Part shown: positions 28,227-37,115 of the stretch, in pieces
Layout: each line of letters starts with the position of its first letter
Position numbering within the stretch: the stretch's first letter is position 1
Source of the DNA: Escherichia phage Ecp_YSF
Length of the DNA stretch: 53,268 bases
Sequence record: OR327751.1
Direction: 5' to 3' (one strand)
Translations under genes and position numbers: made by a program
Notes under the pieces: generated by a model
Told to the model about the DNA's origin: nothing
Seen by the model: the letters and a program-made list of their open reading frames with translations, nothing else
Database searches by the model: none

Positions 28227-29356
28227 CTGAAAACGGGTTCGTACAGAAGCCTGTTCAAGAAATCGTGTCACACATTAATAGCAGATTCCGTAGCGTGTTC
28301 GGTGCCAACTTCGACATTAGTCCAGAAGGCCCAGATGGACAGGTTATTGGAATTATTTCAGAAGAAATTTCTAAGTGTTGGCAACAGGCTGAAATGGTAT
28401 TCAATGCCTATCGTCCTGGTGCAATGCAGAAGGTTGGTCTGGACAACATCTGCGAGCTAACCTTCACAAAGCGATTAGTCAATTGGCCATCTCGTGTTGG
28501 TGTTCGTTGTGCTGGTCAGGCTGGCACTCTTGTCCCTGCTGGCTCTATTGTCAGTGACGGGACGATGAACTTCAAAACACAGTATGATTGTATTATTCCA
28601 GGAACTGTTACGGCAGTAGCAACTGAGTCTGGCGAATATTACATTGCTGCTAACACTGTTAATAAAATTGTTACCACAGTCGCAGGTTGGGAATCAGTTA
28701 ACAACCCAGAGATTGGGCAAACAGGTGTGGATTATGAGTCTGACCCAGCACTTCGTATCCGCCGTGACAGAACTACTGCGCACAGCGGTTCAGCATTTGT
28801 TGAAGCTATTTACGCTGCACTCGCTGACCTTAATCTTTCTTACATTCGTATTCGTGATAATGATACCGGCGCTCCTATTGGGACTCAGCCTCCGGGTACA
28901 GTATTTGTTGTCGTAGAGGGTGGAACAGAGGACGAAATTGCTCGTCGAATTTACTCCTCCAAAACAGGCGGTGTTCCTACCCATGGTACTACATCCGTAT
29001 CTATCTACGATAGTAAAGGCTATCCGCACGAAATTAAGTTCAGTCGTCCAGAAGATGCAACCATTTATGTAACTGGTACATTCAAGCGTCGCCCTGGTTC
29101 TAATATTAGTTCCAACGATGCGGCACGCCAGTTGCAAACGGCTATGATGGAGTATATCAACTCCCTGAACCCAGGTGATTCTGTTATCTGGTCAGAATGT
29201 TTCAAGCCTATCATGGACGCTACTAACGGTGTTCAGGTTGATTCATTATTCATTGGTACTTCTGCAAGTCCAACTGGAATTGCTACAATCGAGCTGGACA
29301 TTGACAAGAAGGCTGTAGCCACATCTGCGTCTGTAGTTTTCACTGAAACACCATAA
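28202..29356 (+). CDS. baseplate J-like protein
   Basis: 384 aa following the W-like gene, in the canonical W-J-I order. Confidence 0.55.
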   Translation: MATIQYGVTENGFVQKPVQEIVSHINSRFRSVFGANFDISPEGPDGQVIGIISEEISKCWQQAEMVFNAYRPGAMQKVGLDNICELTFTKRLVNWPSRVGVRCAGQAGTLVPAGSIVSDGTMNFKTQYDCIIPGTVTAVATESGEYYIAANTVNKIVTTVAGWESVNNPEIGQTGVDYESDPALRIRRDRTTAHSGSAFVEAIYAALADLNLSYIRIRDNDTGAPIGTQPPGTVFVVVEGGTEDEIARRIYSSKTGGVPTHGTTSVSIYDSKGYPHEIKFSRPEDATIYVTGTFKRRPGSNISSNDAARQLQTAMMEYINSLNPGDSVIWSECFKPIMDATNGVQVDSLFIGTSASPTGIATIELDIDKKAVATSASVVFTETP

Positions 29357-29364
29357 GGTTAATA

Positions 29365-30009
29365 ATGGCTGGTAAATCTGGTTTAGATATGCTGCTAATG
29401 CAGTATAGCGATTCTCCAAACTTACGGGCGTACATTCAGATTTTCTTGGACGAGTTAAAGCTCGTCCAGAATGCTCAAGAAGAGTCTGTTAAATACCGAT
29501 ACCTTGCCGATTCATTTGGCGTTATGGTTGATGATATTGCATACCTCGTTGGTGCCAGCCGTACTATCTATGGTGCAGCACCACTTGGGTACTTCGGTTT
29601 CTATTCTGACCCAAGTGCATTCCCTGCCGGAGATGATAATAATCCTGGCGTTGGTGGCATTTTGAAATCAGATGGCGACCGGGACTCTGGTGACTTTGTT
29701 CGTACCGATACTCAACTTAAAGATGCAATACGTGCACGTATCCGCAAGGTTGTAGGAAGCTGCACAATCGAAGAACTGATTGTTTATGTGGACCTTGTTC
29801 TTGGTCGTAGCCTGAATCTTGAAATCATTGAAGGATTCCAGACTCTACATTACCAAGTGCATAACACGCTGTCAGTTGCAGAGAAAGTGTTGTTGGCTTA
29901 CATGCTTCCAGACTTTAAGCCTGTTGGCATCTCCATAACTCTTTCGGACAATGGTGGTGCTATTGAACTCCCATATGTTTCTAAAGTTTATCCACCGGAG
30001 AACCGATGA
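29365..30009 (+). CDS. baseplate/tail-fibre adaptor (gpI / DUF2612-like)
   Basis: N-terminal LLMQYSDSPNLRAYIQ...VGASR pattern and position. Confidence 0.5.
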   Translation: MAGKSGLDMLLMQYSDSPNLRAYIQIFLDELKLVQNAQEESVKYRYLADSFGVMVDDIAYLVGASRTIYGAAPLGYFGFYSDPSAFPAGDDNNPGVGGILKSDGDRDSGDFVRTDTQLKDAIRARIRKVVGSCTIEELIVYVDLVLGRSLNLEIIEGFQTLHYQVHNTLSVAEKVLLAYMLPDFKPVGISITLSDNGGAIELPYVSKVYPPENR

Positions 30010-31205
30010 CAAATCGTTTGAATTACGCAGAATATTGGGCGCAGGATGGCGAAGCACTTGACCCCGACTTGGATACGACTGCACCATCCTATATCCCAGA
30101 CCGATACGAAAATGTCGGCTGGGAAGCCGAAAAGCCTCCCGAACAATGGCAGAACTTCTTAACTCAAATCACTGACGTTAAGATTCGAGATATGTTGGTT
30201 GGTGGGATATTGCAATGGTGTGATACCGTAACATATTCGCTTGGCGCTTTTGCAATAGTTGATGGTAAGATTTATCAGAAGCGGGAAGAAGTTCCTGGCA
30301 ATATAAATCCTCCAACTTCTGGAAGTGGTTGGCAAGAGGTTCTTGAGACAAACCTTATTAAGTTTAATGAAAAGGTTCAATATCTCAAGAATGTGTTCAA
30401 TGCTCATATGGCAGAACAGAACCCTCACAAAGATACTGTAGACACAATTGTTGATGGGACATACCTTCAAGAATATGTGTACGACAGATTTGCCAGCGAC
30501 GAACGAGTTACAACAATCCCATACCACATCTCCAGAACCGGCGCATCTGTCCACAGGGTAACTCCAGAACAGCTTGGAACACTCCCAACATCTGGTGGGA
30601 CTTTCACAGGACCGATAACTTTCACCGAAGAAGCGTATGCTGGTGGTGGTGTTTCACAATATGTACACCGAAATGATTCGACTGGCATATTCGAATTGGT
30701 TAATGGAACCACTGCAATTGGTGTGGACAGCAGTGGTCATGCGTGGTTCATCAACTCCGCTGGTGCTTTTGAAATCATTACAGAAGCAAACTACAACAAG
30801 TTCAACATTAAGTATGGAAACCAGTTTGCACTCCCTGTGCCAATGCTTCGTGCTGACTTTCATGAAGACATTAATGATGCGGAGTCTGTTGGTTTATGGA
30901 CTGTTGAGACAACCGCTGCCCCAGAATTTTGGTATGGCGGATTTAACATCTCCAACAATGGGTTGAAGTTCTTTGGACCAACCTTTAATATCCCAACCAC
31001 AGTTGTTGTTGTAGTTACTACCGATGAAGTTGATGTAGTTATGCGAACTTCTAATGAAGATTCTTTCAGCTTTCCAGACGGACTTGACCTGAAAGACTAC
31101 ATTGATAACAAACTCTTTGCAGATAAGAATGTAATGGCCCTAAGATTCTTTGAGGTATATCCAAGACTTTCTGCTAACCAAATCTCTATGCTTGCGAGAC
31201 GATAA
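30006..31205 (+). CDS. tail fibre protein (proximal)
   Basis: Contains the NPHK fibre-repeat motif and GGTFTGPITF. Confidence 0.6.
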   Translation: MTNRLNYAEYWAQDGEALDPDLDTTAPSYIPDRYENVGWEAEKPPEQWQNFLTQITDVKIRDMLVGGILQWCDTVTYSLGAFAIVDGKIYQKREEVPGNINPPTSGSGWQEVLETNLIKFNEKVQYLKNVFNAHMAEQNPHKDTVDTIVDGTYLQEYVYDRFASDERVTTIPYHISRTGASVHRVTPEQLGTLPTSGGTFTGPITFTEEAYAGGGVSQYVHRNDSTGIFELVNGTTAIGVDSSGHAWFINSAGAFEIITEANYNKFNIKYGNQFALPVPMLRADFHEDINDAESVGLWTVETTAAPEFWYGGFNISNNGLKFFGPTFNIPTTVVVVVTTDEVDVVMRTSNEDSFSFPDGLDLKDYIDNKLFADKNVMALRFFEVYPRLSANQISMLARR

Positions 31206-32596
31206 TGTTAAGACCAAAACTTAATAGAGTCTGGACTTCAAACAATGCCAACCTGCGGCGTGACCCTGGGGATGCCAAGTATCTTCAAGGGTGGATTGCA
31301 GAAATCCCAACCTTCCAGGTTCTTAACTATTTGCAGTATAAGGTTGACACTACTCTCCTAGCACTGGCTGAGCGTGGTGTCTTCGAATGGGGAACCGATG
31401 TTCAGTATGGACTTGGTTCCCTCGTGTGGGATGATGCAACTCGAACTGTTTATGTTGCAACTGTTGGTTCTCCTAGCCGTACTTTACGTCCTAGTGAGAA
31501 CTTGGGGCAGTGGGCTGCAAGTGCTATTCAAGTATCTCGTTACGACTACGATGATATTGTTAGCAAGATTTCTGCACACATCGCAGATACCACTTCCAAC
31601 CCACATCGACTGACAGCCAACATGATTGGTGCATACAACAAAGCACAAATCGATTCGCTGATTTCTCAGTATAATGCCCTTGTTGCAAGTCATGCCAATG
31701 ACCGAAACAATCCGCACAAAGTAACTGCTGCCCAGGCAGGTGCTGTTCCTGTCACTGGTGGTACTTACACCGGACCTGTTACATTCCAGCAAGGTATGCT
31801 GTTTGATGTAAGCGGAACTTCTAAGTTGTCGTTTGGTCCTGCTGGCCTTTATATGCAGTCAGGTGACGAACGTATTGGGCTGGATGCCAGTGGTGTTCCG
31901 GTTGTTGGCAAGGCATCAACAAACACCAACTCCCGAATTATTACTGATGCAACATTTGCAGAAGTTAAGGCGCGAGAAGAGCCAAAGTATGCAGTACCTG
32001 CACCAAATTTCTGTCAGCACTTGATTGGTGATTTTAATATCAACTCTGGCAAGGGTGCAATCAATGCCTCCGACAGTCTATATTTTAACAACAATTATGG
32101 TGGCGCTCTGTACAGAACTGCCGGGCAGGATGTTCGAGAAACTCTTTACGAAGGTGCGGGATATGGATTTACAGACTGCACAATCTGTGTAGATGTTCTT
32201 TCCAACTCACCTCGTGCGCCGAGCAGTGACGACTCTGTTGGCGTATTCTTCTCCTTAAATGGATTGAATAGTGAGAACATAGACTTCTATTTGCAGAACA
32301 AGGGGCAGCTTAACCTTAACCGAAATGCCTCTGGTGCTAGTGACTGGATTTACTATAATCTCCCTAACCGAGTGAATCGCTGGTATCGTATTGCTGCAAC
32401 CCTAAGTACTACCACTGGACTTGAAATATACGTTGATGGTGTTCGTGTGGCTTCTGATGCCTCGCAGAATGGTGCGGCTGCATGTGTTGGCAGGTATCCT
32501 CAGATTCATTTCCAGCCAACATCAAGAAACTATGCTGTTCGCAACTTCCGAGTTTGGGATTTCAAAATGACACCAAACCAAATCTCTACTTTATAA
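31205..32596 (+). CDS. tail fibre protein with C-terminal lectin/LamG-like domain
   Basis: Repeated NPH(R/K) motifs and GGTYTGPVTF. C-terminal WYRIAATL...IYVDGVRV...FRVWD pattern. Confidence 0.6.
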   Translation: MLRPKLNRVWTSNNANLRRDPGDAKYLQGWIAEIPTFQVLNYLQYKVDTTLLALAERGVFEWGTDVQYGLGSLVWDDATRTVYVATVGSPSRTLRPSENLGQWAASAIQVSRYDYDDIVSKISAHIADTTSNPHRLTANMIGAYNKAQIDSLISQYNALVASHANDRNNPHKVTAAQAGAVPVTGGTYTGPVTFQQGMLFDVSGTSKLSFGPAGLYMQSGDERIGLDASGVPVVGKASTNTNSRIITDATFAEVKAREEPKYAVPAPNFCQHLIGDFNINSGKGAINASDSLYFNNNYGGALYRTAGQDVRETLYEGAGYGFTDCTICVDVLSNSPRAPSSDDSVGVFFSLNGLNSENIDFYLQNKGQLNLNRNASGASDWIYYNLPNRVNRWYRIAATLSTTTGLEIYVDGVRVASDASQNGAAACVGRYPQIHFQPTSRNYAVRNFRVWDFKMTPNQISTL

Positions 32597-32605
32597 GGTA
32601 ATGTA

Positions 32606-33958
32606 ATGGCTAAAGGTTGGTCATTTGGCGGCTTAATTGCCGCCTTAAAGTCTGCTGCATTCTTAAATGCAGGTACTGCTCGTGGTGAAGTAATCACTGT
32701 TGGACAAAAGAATGCCCAGATTCCAACCACAGCATTTGTAACAAACTTCAATTTCAATACATACACATTCACCAATGGTGAAGTTCTATATGTTGAGATG
32801 AACTCTGCTGTAAACGTTCCACCAGAGTTACAGAAGTGGGACCTTGGGAAGTTCAGTGGGGCATGTGTAATTATAACTGTGCTTGGAATTTCTGATAACA
32901 GCAATGCCTCCATCCTCGTAACGCATGGTGAGGCAGCACGACCTCCAATCATGTACTATTCTCGCGGACCGTCTGGTGGCAGGTCGTACACAGCGCAACC
33001 CCTAATGTCTTGCAAGGATGCCGGAAGCGCGAACATTAACCTGTTTACAGGTGCGTCAGATGTTGGTGTTTATTATCAAGAGTCTGATGCTGTTGCTGGC
33101 TCTGCTGGTGGCTATCCAGCAGCACATGCTGGCACACTGGAAGTTTTGCCAACTGCATATGGTGTACAGCAACGCTATACATCCATATATGGTAACGTTT
33201 GGGTTCGTAGTCGTACGCTTGATTCCTCGCAGAATTGGGCTGATTGGAGAGAGCTTGCACGAGTAAATCAGCGCGACCGCATCACAGAAGTTGGTGCAAT
33301 GGAGTTGTATAACGATATTCCATACATCGACTTCCACTATGCAAACTCTGGTTTAGACTACACTGCACGTATTATCGCAGAAGGATACAATCAGTTAGCT
33401 TTACGTGGAACTGGCACAGACTTCAAGCTGTTCCTGAATGGGCAGTATCGCGGCGTAACTTGGGGCCGTGGTTGGGGTCAAGAGACAGATGGGCACGTCC
33501 CTTATGGAGTGTACAACTGTGAAGTTGGTCCAGATGCCTGGGTCCCAATCTTGACACTCCAAACTGTAACATCTGGTCAAGGGTATGGAACTCATATTTC
33601 GTTTGGTGCGTACAGCAGAAATAATGATTTCTCAAATCCTGTAATCTCACGACGTGGTGATAATGGTGCTGTACATAACTGGACATTCCAGAATGACGGC
33701 AACATTGACTACACTGGCAATGGTGGTCCATTCCGTTTTGCACGGGAGAATTGGGTAAACGCTTCTTTCATGAGCGATATTCGCCTGGCCTCCTACCAAG
33801 AGACTACAACATGGCGTGGCTACGGGTATCGAGATGAATCTGGTTGGGTAATCACTGCTGTAATCAACCAAACTGCTGACGAATTCATCGACTACGTTGG
33901 TCGTCGTAAACTCCAGAAATATATGAATGGAACATGGTATGACAGCTATTCTGTGTAA
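32606..33958 (+). CDS. distal tail fibre / receptor-binding protein
   Basis: 450 aa directly upstream of a fibre assembly gene. Confidence 0.5.
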   Translation: MAKGWSFGGLIAALKSAAFLNAGTARGEVITVGQKNAQIPTTAFVTNFNFNTYTFTNGEVLYVEMNSAVNVPPELQKWDLGKFSGACVIITVLGISDNSNASILVTHGEAARPPIMYYSRGPSGGRSYTAQPLMSCKDAGSANINLFTGASDVGVYYQESDAVAGSAGGYPAAHAGTLEVLPTAYGVQQRYTSIYGNVWVRSRTLDSSQNWADWRELARVNQRDRITEVGAMELYNDIPYIDFHYANSGLDYTARIIAEGYNQLALRGTGTDFKLFLNGQYRGVTWGRGWGQETDGHVPYGVYNCEVGPDAWVPILTLQTVTSGQGYGTHISFGAYSRNNDFSNPVISRRGDNGAVHNWTFQNDGNIDYTGNGGPFRFARENWVNASFMSDIRLASYQETTTWRGYGYRDESGWVITAVINQTADEFIDYVGRRKLQKYMNGTWYDSYSV

Positions 33959-34469
33959 GTATGAAGGGTTTGTTGAGAATACGAACCTGACTGAAAGCCA
34001 ACAAGTGCTCAGGGACGAGCACAAGATTCTATTCGGATGCGATAAGAATGGAACATGTTGGTATAAAATTCGTGAGTCTTTAAAGGACGGTACAGCCAAA
34101 GTTGTATACGAAAATGATGGGACTATTCGACACATTGACTTTGGTCCTGGCGATACTGTGGCTACACCGCTGGGTGGAAACATAGTTGAGCTGGAGTCAC
34201 TGCCAGAGGGTGTCGAAGAAAACAGACACTTTTGGAAGTTTGATGGTGAGAAGTTTGTCGAGCATAAAGAAAACCGTGTGAAATATAACGAGTTTATGCG
34301 TAAGAAGAAACTTGCACCATTGACGGAAGAAATTGGCATTCTCACCGACATGGTTGAGCTTGGTATGGCCAAGAAGTCTGACAACGAACTGCTTGTTAAA
34401 CTTAAGAAGAAGCGTATCAAACTGTCTCAACTCGACCTAACCGAAACAATCGACTGGAATGAATTCTAA
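33927..34469 (+). CDS. tail fibre assembly protein
   Basis: The C-terminal region EFMRKKKLAPLTEEIGILTD...KLSQLDLTETIDW is typical of Tfa chaperones. ATG 33939 is an alternative start. Confidence 0.6.
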   Translation: MEHGMTAILCKYEGFVENTNLTESQQVLRDEHKILFGCDKNGTCWYKIRESLKDGTAKVVYENDGTIRHIDFGPGDTVATPLGGNIVELESLPEGVEENRHFWKFDGEKFVEHKENRVKYNEFMRKKKLAPLTEEIGILTDMVELGMAKKSDNELLVKLKKKRIKLSQLDLTETIDWNEF

Positions 34470-34810
34470 TGGATAGACAAACTTTCCAGATGATTTGGGA
34501 AGCAATGCACCAATACGGCGTTTGGCATGGGCTGTTGGCTGGACTGACAGCCTTAATCCGTGGTGCATATGAGAGTGAGGGTTTAAGCAAAGCGTTGCTG
34601 GATGCGACGCTATGCAGCTTAATCGGCCTGTTTGCATTTCAGGTCGCAGGTACATTTGAAACTTTCACAACTAACGTCACTATGCAGTTGGTGTTAGCTA
34701 TTGTGATTGGCGTCATTGGTGCCAACCTCATTATCACAACTGTCAGGGAAAGTTTCTCTGGCGCAATCAAACAACTTAATCCTTTGACGTGGTTCAAGAA
34801 GGCACGATGA
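34469..34810 (+). CDS. holin (three predicted TM segments)
   Basis: 113 aa with hydrophobic segments and a charged C-terminus. Lies immediately upstream of the endolysin gene. Confidence 0.55.
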   Translation: MDRQTFQMIWEAMHQYGVWHGLLAGLTALIRGAYESEGLSKALLDATLCSLIGLFAFQVAGTFETFTTNVTMQLVLAIVIGVIGANLIITTVRESFSGAIKQLNPLTWFKKAR

Positions 34811-34827
34811 AATGGTAAGGAACTCGA

Positions 34828-35382
34828 ATGTTATCATTCAAAGTCCTTGCACTTCTGACAGCTTTAGTTCACATCAACGCCCCAGCTTCGGTTGGGGCAG
34901 TGAATTCTGCTATTACAGATTTTGCAAGTCACTCTTATTTAAATGGAAGTCTGAAACTATCTTCTTCACAACGCAAAGAGCTAGAATGCTATACTAAAGT
35001 TATCTGGTATGAAGCTCGCGGAGAAGACAAACATGGAAAGATTCTGGTAGCTAATGTCGTCCGTAATAGAACTAAGTTCGGGAAGCCATTCGCTAACACC
35101 GTTTGTGATGTTGTCTATCAACGCAATCAATTTGCATGGACACGAGAAGCAAAGAAGAAGAATGCTCAATGGAAGCATGTAGCAAAGATTAATTATGCCA
35201 CAGAACAACAACAAGTTCTGGACACCATTAATGTTGCAATCTCTTTTGTACTATTCAATCAACCCTCTGTCACCAAAGCAACCCACTTTTGTACAGCATC
35301 GGAGAAGTGCAACTTCAAGAATGTTAAAGGTTTGGGACGTTATGGTGGCCATAAATTCTATGAGTATCTAGGAAATCTGTAA
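34828..35382 (+). CDS. SleB-type cell-wall hydrolase endolysin with N-terminal signal/SAR sequence
   Basis: [24 protein letters not shown]...[15 protein letters not shown] is the Hydrolase_2/SleB pattern. N-terminus [24 protein letters not shown]. Confidence 0.8.
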   Translation: MLSFKVLALLTALVHINAPASVGAVNSAITDFASHSYLNGSLKLSSSQRKELECYTKVIWYEARGEDKHGKILVANVVRNRTKFGKPFANTVCDVVYQRNQFAWTREAKKKNAQWKHVAKINYATEQQQVLDTINVAISFVLFNQPSVTKATHFCTASEKCNFKNVKGLGRYGGHKFYEYLGNL

Positions 35383-36482
35383 TGGCTTACACTACCTTTT
35401 CACAAACCAAGAATAACCAACTATTAGAACCAATGTTCTTTGGTCAGAACGTTAACGTTGCTCGATATGACCAACAGAAGTACAGCATCTTCGAGAAGTT
35501 AATCGAGAAGCAGTTATCTTTCTTTTGGCGACCTGAGGAGGTTGATGTTAGCCAGGACCGAATTGACTATGCTGGTCTTCCTGAGTGTGAGAAACACATT
35601 TTCACCAGCAATTTACGATACCAAATCCTGCTTGATTCCATTCAGGGGCGTGGACCAACTACAGTTTTGCTACCAATTGTGAGCATTCCTGAGCTTGAAA
35701 CTTGGATTGAAACTTGGTCATTCTCAGAGACAATTCATTCTCGTTCTTACACGCATATTATTCGTAATATCGTGACAGACCCAAGCGTAATTTTCGATGA
35801 AATTGTGGAGAATGAGCATATTAAAATGCGTGCAATTGGCATCTCCCAATATTATGACGAGCTTCAACACCTAACTTCCATGTGGCATCTGCATGAAGAC
35901 AAAGTTTCTCTTCGTGAGCTTAAGAAGAAGCTGTATTTATGCCTCATGTCTATCAATGCATTGGAAGCAATCCGCTTTTATGTCAGCTTTGCTTGCTCAT
36001 TTGCCTTCGCTGAACGCAAGTTAATGGAAGGAAATGCCAAGATTATTCGCTTAATTGCTCGTGATGAAGCACTCCATTTGACTGGAACTCAACACATGCT
36101 GAACCTTCTTGCAAGCGGTGTTGATGACCCAGAAATGGCCGAAATTGCTAAAGAATGCCGCCAAGAATGCCAAGAAATGTTCGAAAATGTGGCCCAACAA
36201 GAGAAAGATTGGGCTGATTATTTGTTCAAAGATGGCTCAATGATTGGCTTAAATAAGCAAATTCTGTGCGGATATGTGGAATATATCACGAATATTCGTA
36301 TGCAAGCAGTTGGATTGGATGCTCCATTCAAAGGTGCTACTAACCCGATTCCTTGGATTAACGCATGGTTGAATTCGGATGCTGTACAAGTCGCTCCACA
36401 AGAAACGGAGATTAGTTCGTACCTTGTCGGGCAGATTGATTCCGAAGTGGACACCAATGCTCTTGGCGGATTTGAGCTTTAA
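35382..36482 (+). CDS. nrdB: class Ia ribonucleotide reductase beta subunit
   Basis: Near-collinear with E. coli NrdB as I recall it ([11 protein letters not shown]...), including the C-terminal tail [11 protein letters not shown]. Confidence 0.95.
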   Translation: MAYTTFSQTKNNQLLEPMFFGQNVNVARYDQQKYSIFEKLIEKQLSFFWRPEEVDVSQDRIDYAGLPECEKHIFTSNLRYQILLDSIQGRGPTTVLLPIVSIPELETWIETWSFSETIHSRSYTHIIRNIVTDPSVIFDEIVENEHIKMRAIGISQYYDELQHLTSMWHLHEDKVSLRELKKKLYLCLMSINALEAIRFYVSFACSFAFAERKLMEGNAKIIRLIARDEALHLTGTQHMLNLLASGVDDPEMAEIAKECRQECQEMFENVAQQEKDWADYLFKDGSMIGLNKQILCGYVEYITNIRMQAVGLDAPFKGATNPIPWINAWLNSDAVQVAPQETEISSYLVGQIDSEVDTNALGGFEL

Positions 36483-36495
36483 CGATTATATGCGA

Positions 36496-36529
36496 GAAGA
36501 GATTCGATGCGTTAGCGTCGTTTCTCTTT
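36496..36529 (+). terminator. putative terminator after nrdB
   Basis: Two-part hairpin (GAAGAGA..CGATGC-GTTA-GCGTCG..TCTCTTT) whose 3' arm is T-rich. Confidence 0.5.
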
Positions 36530-36571
36530 GAGCTAGAATAAGACAAGTAAATTAAATATTTATTTATTCCC

Positions 36572-36588
36572 AATATTGCTACAATATT
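36572..36588. promoter_or_regulatory. operator-like near-palindrome AATATTGCTACAATATT
   Basis: Belongs to the AATATTGTGACAATATT family that recurs at 39.6-40.2 kb. Confidence 0.4.
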
Positions 36589-36627
36589 AAGAGTAATATT
36601 AGGAATGCGTAAAGTTAAAACCAAATG

Positions 36628-36651
36628 GTACATGGTCGGTCAACTGTACCT
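36628..36651 (+). repeat. 24-nt element GTACATGGTCGGT-N5-GTACCT (copy 1; copy 2 at 40113-40136)
   Basis: 19 of 24 positions identical, with identical spacing, between the two copies. Copy 1 forms the hairpin GGTACA/TGTACC. Confidence 0.6.
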
Positions 36652-36721
36652 AGACATAGACTTGTTCACAATCGGTCAGCTGTATCTAGCCGGAATTTGT
36701 TCGAACAGAAGTCCGACTATG

Positions 36722-36761
36722 TTATAAAAATTTTTATATAATTTTTTTTAATTTAAATATT
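36722..36761. other. 40-nt tract of pure A/T (candidate DNA-unwinding element)
   Basis: Read directly: no G or C between 36722 and 36761. Confidence 0.6.
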
Positions 36762-36855
36762 GTTACGGAATTAATGAGACTCAAATTGTTTCAATATTAA
36801 TGAGACTAGAATTGTAACGATATTGACGAGACTAGAATTGTGGCAATATTATAAT
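36759..36855 (+). repeat. four tandem 26-bp repeats (ATTGTnnCnATATTnAnGAGACTAG), iteron-like
   Basis: Units start at 36759, 36785, 36811 and 36837 with an exact 26-bp period. Confidence 0.8.
36823..36852 (+). promoter_or_regulatory. possible sigma70-type promoter upstream of the RNA polymerase gene
   Basis: TTGACG (36823-36828), an 18-nt spacer, then TATTAT (36847-36852). Confidence 0.3.
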
Positions 36856-37026
36856 TTTTATTTTGGGCCAGCGGGGGAGGGGAAGCCCAACGTCCTATCG
36901 GACTTAAATACGGTCCCTACTCCAACTTTTTCCTACAGCCTATCGGCTTTCAAACAACACCAAGTTAGGCGCTTCGCTTATGGGTCAAGGTCAAAGTCTC
37001 CGTGCTGTTGTAACAATGGCACAGGT

Positions 37027-37049
37027 TTGTGATATTAGTTGGTTGTGAA
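37027..37049 (+). promoter_or_regulatory. phage RNA polymerase promoter P1
   Basis: Core ATTAGTTGGTTGTGAA matches the family consensus at 15 of 16 positions. Lies 67 nt upstream of the RNA polymerase ATG. Confidence 0.65.
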
Positions 37050-37115
37050 TTGTGTAATGGCTACGCTATTATAATCCGTTTCAGTTAAATCATACACAAT
37101 CTTGGAGACTTACAA

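Noticed and set aside
36759-36855. Tandem 26-bp repeats as a CRISPR array.
   Set aside because: The repeats are contiguous with no spacers. There are only about 4 degenerate units and no cas genes.
36823-37032. 69-aa + strand ORF in the island upstream of the RNA polymerase gene.
   Set aside because: It starts inside the 26-bp iterons and overlaps promoter P1. It has no RBS and unusual composition, so the region is better explained as regulatory or leader sequence.
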